From Desulfosoma sp. (GTDB taxonomy: Bacteria; Desulfobacterota; Syntrophobacteria; Syntrophobacterales; DSM-9756), in NCBI GenBank assembly GCA_037481835.1, contig JBBFKW010000015.1, positions 1 through 64,000 on the forward strand: a DNA stretch of 64,000 nucleotides. Reading direction: 5' to 3'. The notes under the pieces are model-generated. The model was not told the origin of the DNA, searched no databases, and saw nothing but the letters and a program-made list of their open reading frames with translations. Each line of letters starts with the position of its first letter. Positions within the stretch are counted from its first letter, which is position 1. Shown here piece after piece: positions 30,730 through 40,593 of this stretch. The position numbers and the translations under genes are program-made.

Positions 30730-30933
30730 ATGTGGGGGATGGATTTTCTGTGTGCGACGCTGAAACGCAGTTTGGCGAGTATGCTTCCGTGGGACATCCC
30801 ATGGTATGATCCCAGCCACGCGGTGTTTTTCGCTGCTCTTTACGGCGCCTTGAGCGTCATCGGCCTCGGGGTGCTCATCGCCGTGCTCATGACCTTGAAA
30901 CAGCTCAAAAAAGGAAACGGCGCGCCCCACTAA
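30730..30933 (+). CDS. Small single-pass membrane protein
   Basis: Strong RBS AAGGAGG; one long hydrophobic helix preceded by PWDIPWYDPSHAVFF. Confidence 0.65.
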   Translation: MWGMDFLCATLKRSLASMLPWDIPWYDPSHAVFFAALYGALSVIGLGVLIAVLMTLKQLKKGNGAPH

Positions 30934-31134
30934 AATTTCGGCCTGTTCGGGCGCCACCGCTCTATTCCTTTAAATTCCCGGGACCCTTTTTCGACGGCGT
31001 CAGCACCTTCGAAAAGGGCTCTCCTGCATTGCCCCAAAAGGCGGTCCCAGACCGCCTTTTTCATCCCCGACGGTGTGTGCGGCACTTCCCCCAAGTCATG
31101 TTCCAACTCAGGATCCCCAAAAGGAGGGTACGGC

Positions 31135-32493
31135 ATGGACCCGAAAGCCTTTCGCGAATATGACATTCGCGGCCTGGTGGATAAGGAAATCCACGACGAC
31201 GATGTGATCCGGCTGGGTAAAGCCTTCGCCACGTACCTCGCTCCCTACGGCAGGCGCCGAGTGGTCGTGGGGCGCGATTGCCGTTTGAGTTCCGACCGGT
31301 ACCGTGATCTTCTCGTGCAGGGCATGCTGTCCGCGGGACTTGACGTGGTGGATGTGGGCGTTGTGCCGACACCGCTCTTTTATTTCGCCATTCGCCATCT
31401 GGACCGGGAAGGCGGCATCATGATCACGGCGAGCCACAATCCGCCGGAATACAACGGTTTCAAGGTGTGCAACGGCTACGACACCATTTCGGGCCCGGAG
31501 ATTCAAAAGCTGAAAGAAGTCATGGACGCGGGAGATTTCGTCCGAGGGGACGGGACGGTGAGCGATTACGACATCGTGACCCCTTACTGGGATTTTGTGT
31601 GCGGCAACATCGTGCTGGATCGGCCCTTGCGCGTCGGGGTGGATGCCGGCAACGCCGTGGGAGGTCCTGTGGCGGTGCCTCTGTTGGAAAGGCTCGGCTG
31701 CCATGTCTACCCCTTGTACTGCGATATGGACGGGACCTTTCCCAATCACGAACCGGACCCCACGGTCATGGAAAATCTCAAGGACCTTATCGAGCTTGTG
31801 CGGCGGGAATCCTTGGATGTGGGCATCGCCTACGACGGCGACTGCGACCGGCTGGGGGTGGTGGATCACTACGGGAACGTGGTCTACGGCGACAAACTCA
31901 TGATCATTTTCGCCCGGGAAATCCTCAGCCGAAAGCCCGGGGCCGTGTTCATCTCCGAGGTCAAGTGTTCCAAGACGCTCTACGACGACATCCGAAAGCG
32001 CGGCGGAACGGCCATCATGTGGCGCACGGGTCATTCCCTGATCAAGGCCAAGATGAAGGAAACCGGGGCCGATCTGGCGGGGGAGATGAGCGGCCACATG
32101 TTCTTCAAAGACCGCTACTTCGGATTTGACGACGGAATCTACGCCTCGTGCCGGCTCCTGGAAATCCTGGCTCGAACCCGCAAGAGAATTCCCGAACTCT
32201 TGGAAGGGGTGCCGGAGACGGTGACCACGCCCGAGATCCGGGTGGCGTGCCCCGACGAAATCAAGTTCGCGGTGGTGGAACGGGCCGTGGCCTATTTCAA
32301 GAAGGAAGGCTACGACGTGATCGATGTGGACGGGGCGCGCATAGTGTTCCCGGACGGCTGGGGGCTGGTGCGGGCTTCCAATACCCAGCCGGTCTTGGTC
32401 CTTCGCTACGAGGCGGAAACCGAGGCGCGGCTCAAGGAAATCCAAAACCTCATCGAAGAAACCATCGAAAAGATTCGATCGGGGGCCTTGTAA
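31135..32493 (+). CDS. Phosphomannomutase/phosphoglucomutase
   Basis: FREYDIRG, ITASHNP (phospho-Ser), DGDCDR, GEMSGH, RASNTQP; ATG after AAGGAGG. Confidence 0.95.
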   Translation: MDPKAFREYDIRGLVDKEIHDDDVIRLGKAFATYLAPYGRRRVVVGRDCRLSSDRYRDLLVQGMLSAGLDVVDVGVVPTPLFYFAIRHLDREGGIMITASHNPPEYNGFKVCNGYDTISGPEIQKLKEVMDAGDFVRGDGTVSDYDIVTPYWDFVCGNIVLDRPLRVGVDAGNAVGGPVAVPLLERLGCHVYPLYCDMDGTFPNHEPDPTVMENLKDLIELVRRESLDVGIAYDGDCDRLGVVDHYGNVVYGDKLMIIFAREILSRKPGAVFISEVKCSKTLYDDIRKRGGTAIMWRTGHSLIKAKMKETGADLAGEMSGHMFFKDRYFGFDDGIYASCRLLEILARTRKRIPELLEGVPETVTTPEIRVACPDEIKFAVVERAVAYFKKEGYDVIDVDGARIVFPDGWGLVRASNTQPVLVLRYEAETEARLKEIQNLIEETIEKIRSGAL

Positions 32494-32504
32494 GCCCCCC
32501 GGAG

Positions 32505-33818
32505 CTAGGCTTTGACGATCTTTTCACGCCCTTCCGTGACGTGCTTCGTGGCATTTCGGGTGTCGATCACCAAGGGGGCGTGGCGCACAATCCAGGGATA
32601 GTCGTAGGCGCTGTGGTCCGTCAGGATGACCACGGCCTCCACGGACGAGAGGGTCTCTTCCGTCAGCGGCACCGATTCCTGGTCGAAGCGATGCTTGCGG
32701 CCGGGTTTCAGTTTGGGGATATGAGGGTCGTTGTACAGCACGACGGCCCCCCGGTCCTGCAAAAGCTGCATCACTTCGTAGGATGGGGACTCGCGGTCGT
32801 CGTCGATGTCCTTCTTGTAGGCCACCCCCAGAATGAGGATGCGCGAGCCTTTGAGGCATCGGCACCGGTCGTTGAGGGCCTCCGTGATGCGCTCCAGCAC
32901 GTAGTAGGGCATGGAGACGTTAACTTCCCCGGCCAGCTGGATGAAGCGGGTGGCGAAGTCGTATTCCCGGGCTTTCCACGACAGGTAAAAGGGGTCGATG
33001 GGAATGCAGTGACCGCCCAGGCCGGGCCCGGGGTAAAACGGGGTGAACCCGAAGGGCTTGGTGGCCGCCGCTTCAATGACTTCCCAAATGTCGATCCCCA
33101 TGCGGAAGGCCAGGACTTTGAGCTCGTTGACCAGGGCGATGTTGACGCTGCGGTAGATGTTTTCCAGGAGCTTGGTCAGTTCTGCGACACGGGTGCTGGA
33201 AACGGGCACGACCCGCGTGACGGCGTGGCCGTAAAGGGCCTTGGCGCATTCCAGGCAGGCCGCAGTGACCCCGCCCACCACCTTGGGAATGTTTCCCGTA
33301 TGGAAGCTCGGGTTGCCGGGATCTTCCCGCTCCGGGGAAAAGGCCAGGAAGAAATCCCGGCCCACGCGGAGCCCCGTGCGCTCCAGCTTGGGCAGCATGA
33401 GTTCTTCGGTCGTTCCGGGATAGGTGGTGCTTTCCAAAACCACGAGATGCCCCGGGCGCAGGTGCTGCGCGATGGTTTCCGTGGTGCTTTCAATATAGCG
33501 AAGATCGGGTTCCATCTTGTCCGTGAGGGGCGTCGGCACGCAAATGACGATGCAGTCCGCTTCACGAAGTCGTTCGAAGCTGATCGTGACATCCAACTGC
33601 CCGGCTTCGAGAAACTTTCGGACGGGCTCGATGGGAATATGACGGATGTAGCTCTTGCCGTGGAGCAATGCGTTGATCTTGGCGCTGTCCACATCGAAGC
33701 CGATGAGAGGAAATCCGGCTTCGCCGAAACGGATCAGGAGGGGGAGCCCCACGTAGCCCAGACCGATGATTCCCACGACAGCTTTTCGCTCTTGGATCTT
33801 TTGAAGCAGTGCTTCCAT
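32505..33818 (-). CDS. UDP-N-acetylhexosamine 6-dehydrogenase (nucleotide sugar dehydrogenase, WbpA/WecC-like)
   Basis: IGLGYVGLP, ICVPTP, ESTTYPGTT, SPEREDPG, GLGGHCIPIDP, GVAYKKDIDD.RESP. Confidence 0.92.
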   Translation of the reverse strand: MEALLQKIQERKAVVGIIGLGYVGLPLLIRFGEAGFPLIGFDVDSAKINALLHGKSYIRHIPIEPVRKFLEAGQLDVTISFERLREADCIVICVPTPLTDKMEPDLRYIESTTETIAQHLRPGHLVVLESTTYPGTTEELMLPKLERTGLRVGRDFFLAFSPEREDPGNPSFHTGNIPKVVGGVTAACLECAKALYGHAVTRVVPVSSTRVAELTKLLENIYRSVNIALVNELKVLAFRMGIDIWEVIEAAATKPFGFTPFYPGPGLGGHCIPIDPFYLSWKAREYDFATRFIQLAGEVNVSMPYYVLERITEALNDRCRCLKGSRILILGVAYKKDIDDDRESPSYEVMQLLQDRGAVVLYNDPHIPKLKPGRKHRFDQESVPLTEETLSSVEAVVILTDHSAYDYPWIVRHAPLVIDTRNATKHVTEGREKIVKA

Positions 33819-33907
33819 AGGTGAGCAGCCTCCGTTGTGTGTTGATTTTTCGAACGAGGAAAAGGTGACATTGGGACGCATTGTGCCCAAGGAGAAGGCA
33901 AAGAGCA

Positions 33908-34894
33908 ATGGAGAAAAACGCACGCGGTTCTTTTCGGTGTCTTGTGACGGGAGCGGCGGGTTTCGTCGGAAGCCACCTGTGTGAAAAGCTTTTGGCCCTA
34001 GGGCATACCGTGGTGGGCGTCGATAATTTCTTTTCCGGACGTCGCGAGAATCTCGACTCCTTCTCGGCCCATCCCCGGTTTTTTTTCCACGAAAGATCCA
34101 TCGTGGAACCGGACCTGCTCGAGGAGCTCCATGCGGCCCACGGCCCCTTGGACACCGTGTTCCATTTGGCGGCCATCGTCAGTGTGCCCTATTCCTTGGA
34201 TCATCCTGAAGAAACCTACGACGTGAATTACCGAGCCACGGTCCGTCTGTTGGACGAAGCCGAAAGGCTTCGGGTGCGTTCTTTTGTGTTCGCGGGTTCC
34301 GCGGCCGAATACGGGACTCAGGATCGAATGCCGCTTCGTGAGACCGATGCCGGGGACGGCACCCGATGGCTCAGCCCCTACGGAGAAGCCAAGTACCGAG
34401 CCACCATGGCCGTGGCCTCCCGCCGAAGCCCCCTGCGAGGGGTGTCCCTTCGATGTTTTAATATCTACGGGCCCCGCCAGGACCCTTCCAGCCCTTACAG
34501 CGGCGTCATTTCCCGTTTTGTGGACATGGCCGTGGCCGGCAGGCCTTTGACCGTCTTCGGAGACGGACTGCAGACCCGGGATTTTGTGTTCGTGGATGAC
34601 GTGGTGGCTGCCTACTGTCAGGCGGCGGGAGCTGCGGATGGAGCCGGAAGCGGTCCCTGCGGGATCTATAACGTGGGTTCGGGCCGACCTACGGCTGTCC
34701 TGGATCTTGCCCGTTTGATTTGCCGCTTGACAGAGCGTCCGGAATCCATCACGTTTTGTCCAGAACGACCCGGGGACATCCGACACAGCACGGCAAGCAT
34801 CCAATCCGCCTTGCGAGAATTGGGCTGGGCGCCCCGGATCGGCCTGGAAGAAGGCCTGAGACGAACCATTCAGTGGATGCGGGGTGCCGCGTAA
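33908..34894 (+). CDS. NAD-dependent epimerase/dehydratase (UDP-glucose 4-epimerase-like SDR)
   Basis: VTGAAGFVG, HLAA, SAAEYG, SPYGEAK (YxxxK), RCFNIYGPRQDP, GDGLQTRDF. Confidence 0.9.
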   Translation: MEKNARGSFRCLVTGAAGFVGSHLCEKLLALGHTVVGVDNFFSGRRENLDSFSAHPRFFFHERSIVEPDLLEELHAAHGPLDTVFHLAAIVSVPYSLDHPEETYDVNYRATVRLLDEAERLRVRSFVFAGSAAEYGTQDRMPLRETDAGDGTRWLSPYGEAKYRATMAVASRRSPLRGVSLRCFNIYGPRQDPSSPYSGVISRFVDMAVAGRPLTVFGDGLQTRDFVFVDDVVAAYCQAAGAADGAGSGPCGIYNVGSGRPTAVLDLARLICRLTERPESITFCPERPGDIRHSTASIQSALRELGWAPRIGLEEGLRRTIQWMRGAA

Positions 34895-34957
34895 CTCTTG
34901 GAGGTCAGAGCCTCTCCCAATGTCAACGGAAGTCAGAAAAAAACGAAGGAGGGAGCT

Positions 34958-35773
34958 GTGAAGAAGGCGATCTTTTTGGGTGTGGCGTGTCTTGCGGTGG
35001 CGGTTTTGGTGATGACCTGCAAGCCGTCCGGAGACGGCGGCAAGCTGCCGGTGAGTCGGGCCCTCGAACCGTATCGTGCTGTGGACTTCAGCCATCTCCT
35101 GGGCATGGAAGGCTTCAGCGACGCCCTTCTCAGGATGCATTTCACCCTGTACCAAGGCTATGTGGCCAATACCAACGCCCTCTTGGAGAAGACCCGGGCC
35201 TTGGCCAAGGAAGGCAAGGCCGACGGTCCGGAATACGCCGAACTGAAAAGGCGGTTGGGCTTCGAATTCAACGGCATGAAGCTTCACGAGTACTACTTCG
35301 GCAACTTGGGTGGATCCGGCGTCCTGCCCAAGAACAACGCCCTCTATGCGGCCATTGAGGAAAACTTCGGCAGCTTCGAAAACTGGAAGGCGGATTTCAT
35401 CGCCACAGGAAGGATGCGCGGCATCGGCTGGGTTGTTCTGTACCAGGATCCGGCCACGGGCCGTCTTGTGAACACGTGGATCAACGAACACGAAACCGGC
35501 CATTTCGTCGGCTGTGTGCCGCTTTTGGTCATGGATGTCTTCGAACACGCCTACGTAACGGACTACGGTTTGGACCGAAAGGCCTATATCGAGGCCTTTT
35601 TCAAGAACTTGAACTGGAAAGTGGTGCTCCAAAGGTTCGGTCTTGAAGTGAACGAAGCCGATTTTCCGAAGCCACCGACGCAAGCCGGCGCCGCCAAGGC
35701 AGAGGAGGCCGGCCCGGCCAAGGCTGAAAAGACCTCCGCGGAACCGGCGCCGCCCAAGGAACAGAAATCGTGA
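34958..35773 (+). CDS. Fe/Mn superoxide dismutase family protein with N-terminal export signal
   Basis: Metal ligands MHF, LHEYYF, DVFEHAY; MKK plus hydrophobic signal ending in Cys; Ala/Pro/Lys/Glu-rich tail; GTG start after GGAGGGAG. Confidence 0.88.
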   Translation: MKKAIFLGVACLAVAVLVMTCKPSGDGGKLPVSRALEPYRAVDFSHLLGMEGFSDALLRMHFTLYQGYVANTNALLEKTRALAKEGKADGPEYAELKRRLGFEFNGMKLHEYYFGNLGGSGVLPKNNALYAAIEENFGSFENWKADFIATGRMRGIGWVVLYQDPATGRLVNTWINEHETGHFVGCVPLLVMDVFEHAYVTDYGLDRKAYIEAFFKNLNWKVVLQRFGLEVNEADFPKPPTQAGAAKAEEAGPAKAEKTSAEPAPPKEQKS

Positions 35774-35785
35774 GGAACAAGGGCT

Positions 35786-35817
35786 GCAGGTCGGGGTGAG
35801 GGCAGCGAACCCCAACA
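35786..35817 (+). repeat. GTAG-type REP-like palindrome, copy 3 (degenerate)
   Basis: GCAGGTCGGGGTGAGGGCAGCGAACCCCAACA. Confidence 0.8.
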
Positions 35818-35934
35818 ATAACGGTAATCCTTACCCCGGGTAGAAATCCTTGCCTCATCGGCGACCCGCTCGGCTTCAAGAAGTCGGCCGAAGCGGGATT
35901 CTTTTTCCCCATAGCGAGGATCCCGGCTGGAGAG

Positions 35935-38541
35935 ATGGTCATGGAAAGCATCGTGGAATCCCTGAAGAAGCAAAGGGAGCAGGTTCTGCACAGTTCGGAC
36001 GAGGAGACGCTGCGGCGGCATATGAGCCTACTGGAGATCGCCGTCATCAGCCTCCACAACCGATTGGTCAATCGCATGGCGTCGGAATCGGAACGGTTCC
36101 GATCCAGCGGCGCCATTGTGGCCATGGGGAATTTGGGCCGCGGTGTGTTGGGCCCCCAAGATCCTGTGACTTTGTTATGGCTCCGTACGGAAACCTTTCC
36201 CTGGGACGAAACGGCCCAGCAGGAAATCACCGCCCCGCTGGTGGAAGCCGGGTGGCGGGTGAGCCTGCGCTGCGCGACCATTCCCGAGCTCCTTGAAGAG
36301 GCGGAATCGCACCTGGCGTTTTTTTTCGAACTCCTGGACGCGCGGTACCTTTCCGGCAACCGCCAGTTGATCGGGGAGCTGGATCATGCCCTGGATGATT
36401 TCATCGCTGAGCATCAGCAGGTCCTTTTCGATGAGCTCTACGTGGGGATTCGAGGTCGCCATGCACGGTTTTCCAAGGCCGAAGACTGGCTGGAGCCCGA
36501 TGTGCTGGAGAGCCCCGGAGCCCTCAGGGACATTGACTCCATTCGTTACGCCGCACGCATCCTATTGGATGTGCGCTGCTTCGACGACGCCATCTTTCAG
36601 GGTTACCTCACGCGAAAGGAAGTGGACCGGCTGCAAGGCGCCGAAAAGAAGCTTCTCAAGTGGCTGAACCTGCTTCGAACCGTCAAGGGGGACCGGCAGA
36701 GCGTGCTGGATTTTCAGGTTCAGGAAATCCTAGCGGAAAAATTGGGCTACAGCGGACGGTCCGGGTTCCTTCCCGTGGAATCGTTCATGCAAGAAGTCCA
36801 TGAGACCCTCCATGAAGTGTTCTGCGTCAGTTCGGAGTTTTGCGAGCGACTCCAGGAGACGGGAAAGATCGCAAGCGCCCCGGCGCCTCCCGCCGAGCGC
36901 GTCCATGTGGAAGAAGGGATGAGCCTCCTCGGCGGGAGGCTCCACGTGGATCCGGCGCGTTATGAACCGTCGGCGGCCAACGTGATCCGTCTCTACAGCC
37001 TGGCCGCCCGCCACAAGGCTGGTTTTTCCAGCGCCACGCGCCGGTGGCTGCACCATCACCGCAGCGTGGTGGAAACCGCCGCCGCCGATCCCGGCGTCCA
37101 GGAAGCCTTCCTGGACCTGGTGGCCTCCGATGACGGCCACCTGTCCGTCGTCCGAAGGTTTTACAACGACGGGTTTCTACGGGCTCTTGTTCCGGAAACG
37201 GCCTTGGTCCACGCCCTGGTGCAGCATGACGCGTTCCATGTCTATCCCGTCCATGAACACCACCTGAGGACTCTTCGGGAAATTAAGCGATTGCAGGCGG
37301 GCGAGTATCGCGACGAGGAGCCGGAGCTGACGGTCTTGGCGCAGGAGACGGCCGAGAACCGGTGGCTCCTGCTGGCGGCCTTGTTCCACGACATCGGCAA
37401 GCACGTGGGAAGCCGTCACGCCAAGCACGGAGCCGACATGTTCCCGCTCATCGCACGGCGCCTCGGCTTGAGCCCCGAGGGCACCGAGCTGGTGACCTTC
37501 CTCATTCGCCATCATCTGCTCCTGATGGACACCGCCTCCATGAGGGACCTGGGGGACATGGAACTCCTCGTGCAGTGTGCCCGGACCGTGGGGGATCCGG
37601 AAAAACTGCACCTGCTCATGATCTTGAGCTTTGCCGACATGATGGCCACGGGCCCCCGTGCCGCGCAAAAGTGGCGGGAAACCCCGGTCCGGGAGCTGTA
37701 CCAGCGGTTGGCCGATCTTCTGGAGAAGGGAGAGCCCGGTGAGGAGATCCTGGCGGAACGTGTACAACGCCTGAAAGAGGCGGTCTTCGAAAGGGTGGCC
37801 GACCTGGTGGATCGATCCCGCCTGGAAGAGCATTTCCGCGACATGCCGCCGCGCTACGTGCTGACCAGTTCGCCGGAAGCCGTTGCCCGGCATTTGAGGT
37901 TGGAAATGGAGCTCGGCCCTGAACCGGACGCCTTCGTCTGGGAAGTGCAGAAGGAAAACGGCGGCGTGGAAATCACGGTGCTCAGTCGGGAAATGCCCGG
38001 GTTCTTGGCCAAGTCGGCCGGGATCCTCACCCTGCACGATTTGGATATCCGGGATGCCAGGATCTTTACCAAGAAAAACGGGGTGATGATCCTCGTCTTT
38101 CGGTGCGGTTTCGTTTCGTCGTCGTCGGTGGAACCCGATTGGGCCTTGGTGCGGGCCGACTTGCGCCGACTCCTGGAAGGCCGGCTGGCCCTGGATTATC
38201 GGATCGCGTTTCACGCCGCTACCAGAGGGGCGGGGCGAACTCACCCCTTGATTCCCAGCCCCAGCCGTGTTCTGGTGGATAACGAGTCGGCGAGGGAATA
38301 CACGATTGTGGAAGTGTACACCATGGACCGCCCCGGGCTCTTGTACACCATCACGCGCACGCTGCTGGATCTCCAGGTGCGCATCTACGTGGCCAAAATC
38401 ACCACCAAGGTGGATCAGGTGGCCGACATCTTCTACATCAAAAATCACCGGGGGGAAAAGGTGACCGACCGGGAACAGGTGGAGGAACTCCGTCGGGCCC
38501 TGCTCTTTTATCTGGACGGGCCGCCCCGGGCGGCGACTTGA
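35935..38541 (+). CDS. glnD: GlnD-like protein (degenerate nucleotidyltransferase domain, HD domain, two ACT domains)
   Basis: 868 aa; PGALRD, HDAFHVYPVHEH, LFHDIGK, ADMMATGP, DRPGLL, AKITTKVDQVADIFY; N-terminal DxD motif absent. Confidence 0.85.
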   Translation: MVMESIVESLKKQREQVLHSSDEETLRRHMSLLEIAVISLHNRLVNRMASESERFRSSGAIVAMGNLGRGVLGPQDPVTLLWLRTETFPWDETAQQEITAPLVEAGWRVSLRCATIPELLEEAESHLAFFFELLDARYLSGNRQLIGELDHALDDFIAEHQQVLFDELYVGIRGRHARFSKAEDWLEPDVLESPGALRDIDSIRYAARILLDVRCFDDAIFQGYLTRKEVDRLQGAEKKLLKWLNLLRTVKGDRQSVLDFQVQEILAEKLGYSGRSGFLPVESFMQEVHETLHEVFCVSSEFCERLQETGKIASAPAPPAERVHVEEGMSLLGGRLHVDPARYEPSAANVIRLYSLAARHKAGFSSATRRWLHHHRSVVETAAADPGVQEAFLDLVASDDGHLSVVRRFYNDGFLRALVPETALVHALVQHDAFHVYPVHEHHLRTLREIKRLQAGEYRDEEPELTVLAQETAENRWLLLAALFHDIGKHVGSRHAKHGADMFPLIARRLGLSPEGTELVTFLIRHHLLLMDTASMRDLGDMELLVQCARTVGDPEKLHLLMILSFADMMATGPRAAQKWRETPVRELYQRLADLLEKGEPGEEILAERVQRLKEAVFERVADLVDRSRLEEHFRDMPPRYVLTSSPEAVARHLRLEMELGPEPDAFVWEVQKENGGVEITVLSREMPGFLAKSAGILTLHDLDIRDARIFTKKNGVMILVFRCGFVSSSSVEPDWALVRADLRRLLEGRLALDYRIAFHAATRGAGRTHPLIPSPSRVLVDNESAREYTIVEVYTMDRPGLLYTITRTLLDLQVRIYVAKITTKVDQVADIFYIKNHRGEKVTDREQVEELRRALLFYLDGPPRAAT

Positions 38542-38561
38542 ACGGCCGAGGAGAAAGCCCC

Positions 38562-39584
38562 ATGTCTCTCTATATCCGCCGCACCCGCGAAGGGCGCCAA
38601 ACGCATTACGTGCTGAGGGAGTCCTATTGGAACGGGTCGTGTTTTGCCGCGCGAAACATCCTGGATTTGGGCACCGATCCGGCGGAGCACATCGTCTATG
38701 CAGGCGGCAACGGATTCTACTTCAGCGATGCGGTGGAAGAGGCTTTCTCCCGAATGGGACTCGAAAGGGAAACCGAAGATCTGGAACAGGCTTTCCTCAA
38801 TTACCTGGATCCGCACATCCGCCGCATCATCGAAAATTTCACCACGGGAAGATCCCCGGCCCATCCCTCATGGAATTCCGAGCAACTGGCCCATCGGCAG
38901 CGGTTTCTCCATCCGTTCGACAAGCGCCGCATGCATTTCCTCCGGTGCGGTCGGATCGACATCGGCTCCTTGGACGGCCGCAGCTGGAAGTTCTTGAACG
39001 TTCTGTGCGACAAATGCCGGGATGAAATCGAGCATGTCATCGAGGGGTTGGAAAAGGATCTCAGGCCCCAGGAACGGCGCAATTATCTCTTCACGGCCCT
39101 GGAACTCCAGAGGTACTTCCCCAGCCACCTTCTCAAGAACAATCCGGCCGCGTTGGATCCCCAAAAGGTGGATGCGTATTTCCTGGAAGAAATCTGCAGG
39201 CTGAACGAGGATCCAACGTTTTTCGTGGGCGTCGAAGACCACAGTCCCAAGAGGCTCCATCCCTATCTCGTGAAATACGTCATCATGTATTTCGATCACA
39301 CCTTCACGCCCCAGTCTCTGTGGGAACGGATCTTCGAGGACTTCGTGAGGCAGCGGCAGTTTCGTTTTCAGCCGGCGGCGCGCCCAGGCCTTTCGGAAGA
39401 GGAGGCGTGCGCCTGCTTAGGGTTGCATCCCAAAGAATACCGGGCCATGAGCGCCCAGGCTCTGGCCCGGCATTATCGAAGGCGGGCGAAAAAACATCAT
39501 CCCGACGCGGGCGGAGACCACGAAACCTTCATTCGTTTGTCCCAGGCCTACGAGTGCCTCGCTCGGAAAAAAACGCGGGCCTGA
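38562..39584 (+). CDS. Protein with C-terminal DnaJ (J) domain
   Basis: C-terminal ACACLGL..YRRRAKKHHPDAGGDHETFIRLSQAY with HPD motif; unrecognised N-terminal region. Confidence 0.85.
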   Translation: MSLYIRRTREGRQTHYVLRESYWNGSCFAARNILDLGTDPAEHIVYAGGNGFYFSDAVEEAFSRMGLERETEDLEQAFLNYLDPHIRRIIENFTTGRSPAHPSWNSEQLAHRQRFLHPFDKRRMHFLRCGRIDIGSLDGRSWKFLNVLCDKCRDEIEHVIEGLEKDLRPQERRNYLFTALELQRYFPSHLLKNNPAALDPQKVDAYFLEEICRLNEDPTFFVGVEDHSPKRLHPYLVKYVIMYFDHTFTPQSLWERIFEDFVRQRQFRFQPAARPGLSEEEACACLGLHPKEYRAMSAQALARHYRRRAKKHHPDAGGDHETFIRLSQAYECLARKKTRA

Positions 39585-39621
39585 ACGGGGCTAACGGGTT
39601 CGGGTGCCGCTTCGGCATTTT

Positions 39622-40578
39622 TCATCGCAGTTCGCACTGCAGGAGGTCCTGGACCACGCTGTAGGGGTCCGTTTCCCGGGCGGTGACTTTGCGCACCAGG
39701 TCGTCCAGGCTCACCCCCCGGCTTTCCATGCGCCGAAGGAGTTCCGCAAGCGCTTCTTCCCGCAGGGTTTCCAGGAGTTGCGTCTTGGCTCGCTTCTGGG
39801 TGACCGCTTCCCACTGACTCCGGTCGTTTTCCAAAAGGTATTGGCGATGGCGTTCCACGGCGTCCATGAGTTCCGGGATGCCGCGTCCTTTCAGCGCCTC
39901 GGTTTCGATGATCGGCGGCTCCCAGTGCTGGTCCCCGAGGCGGCGCAGTCCCAATTCGATGAGGTTTCTCAATTCGCGCACCGTCTTGCGGGATCCTTCC
40001 CGGTCGGCCTTGTTGACCACGAAGATATTGCCGATTTCCATGATCCCGGCCTTGATGGCCTGGACTTCGTCGCCCATGCCCGGAATGGTCACGAGCACGG
40101 TGGTGTGGGCGCAATTGGCGATGTCCACCTCGTCCTGCCCCACGCCCACGGTTTCCACCATGATGATGTCCTTGCCCATGGCATCCAGGACGGTGATCAT
40201 GTCGTTGGTGGACTTGGTGAGCCCCCCGAAGTGGCCGCGGGTGGCCAAGGAGCGGATAAAGACGCCGCCGTCCAGGAAATGGCGCTGCATGCGGATGCGG
40301 TCGCCGAGAATGGCGCCTCCGGTAAAGGGGCTTGTGGGGTCGATGGCCAGGATGCCCACGGTCAGGCCCTTCTTGCGGTATTCCATGGCCATCTGGTCCA
40401 CGAGGGTGCTCTTGCCGACCCCGGGGGATCCCGTAAATCCCAATATGTACGCCCTGCCCGTATGAGGGTAGAGTTCCTTGAGGATTTCCCGGGCGGACGG
40501 CATCTGGTCGTCGATGTCGCGCAGGAGACGCGCGACGGCCCGCACGTCCCCCGCGAGGATTTGGTCCACGATGCTCAT
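39622..40578 (-). CDS. meaB: B12-mutase metallochaperone GTPase MeaB/ArgK
   Basis: GSPGVGKST, AIDPTSPFTGGAILGDRIRM, ETVGVGQ, KAGIME, VNKAD. Confidence 0.95.
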   Translation of the reverse strand: MSIVDQILAGDVRAVARLLRDIDDQMPSAREILKELYPHTGRAYILGFTGSPGVGKSTLVDQMAMEYRKKGLTVGILAIDPTSPFTGGAILGDRIRMQRHFLDGGVFIRSLATRGHFGGLTKSTNDMITVLDAMGKDIIMVETVGVGQDEVDIANCAHTTVLVTIPGMGDEVQAIKAGIMEIGNIFVVNKADREGSRKTVRELRNLIELGLRRLGDQHWEPPIIETEALKGRGIPELMDAVERHRQYLLENDRSQWEAVTQKRAKTQLLETLREEALAELLRRMESRGVSLDDLVRKVTARETDPYSVVQDLLQCELR

Positions 40579-40593
40579 GGTCCGTGTCTCTTC

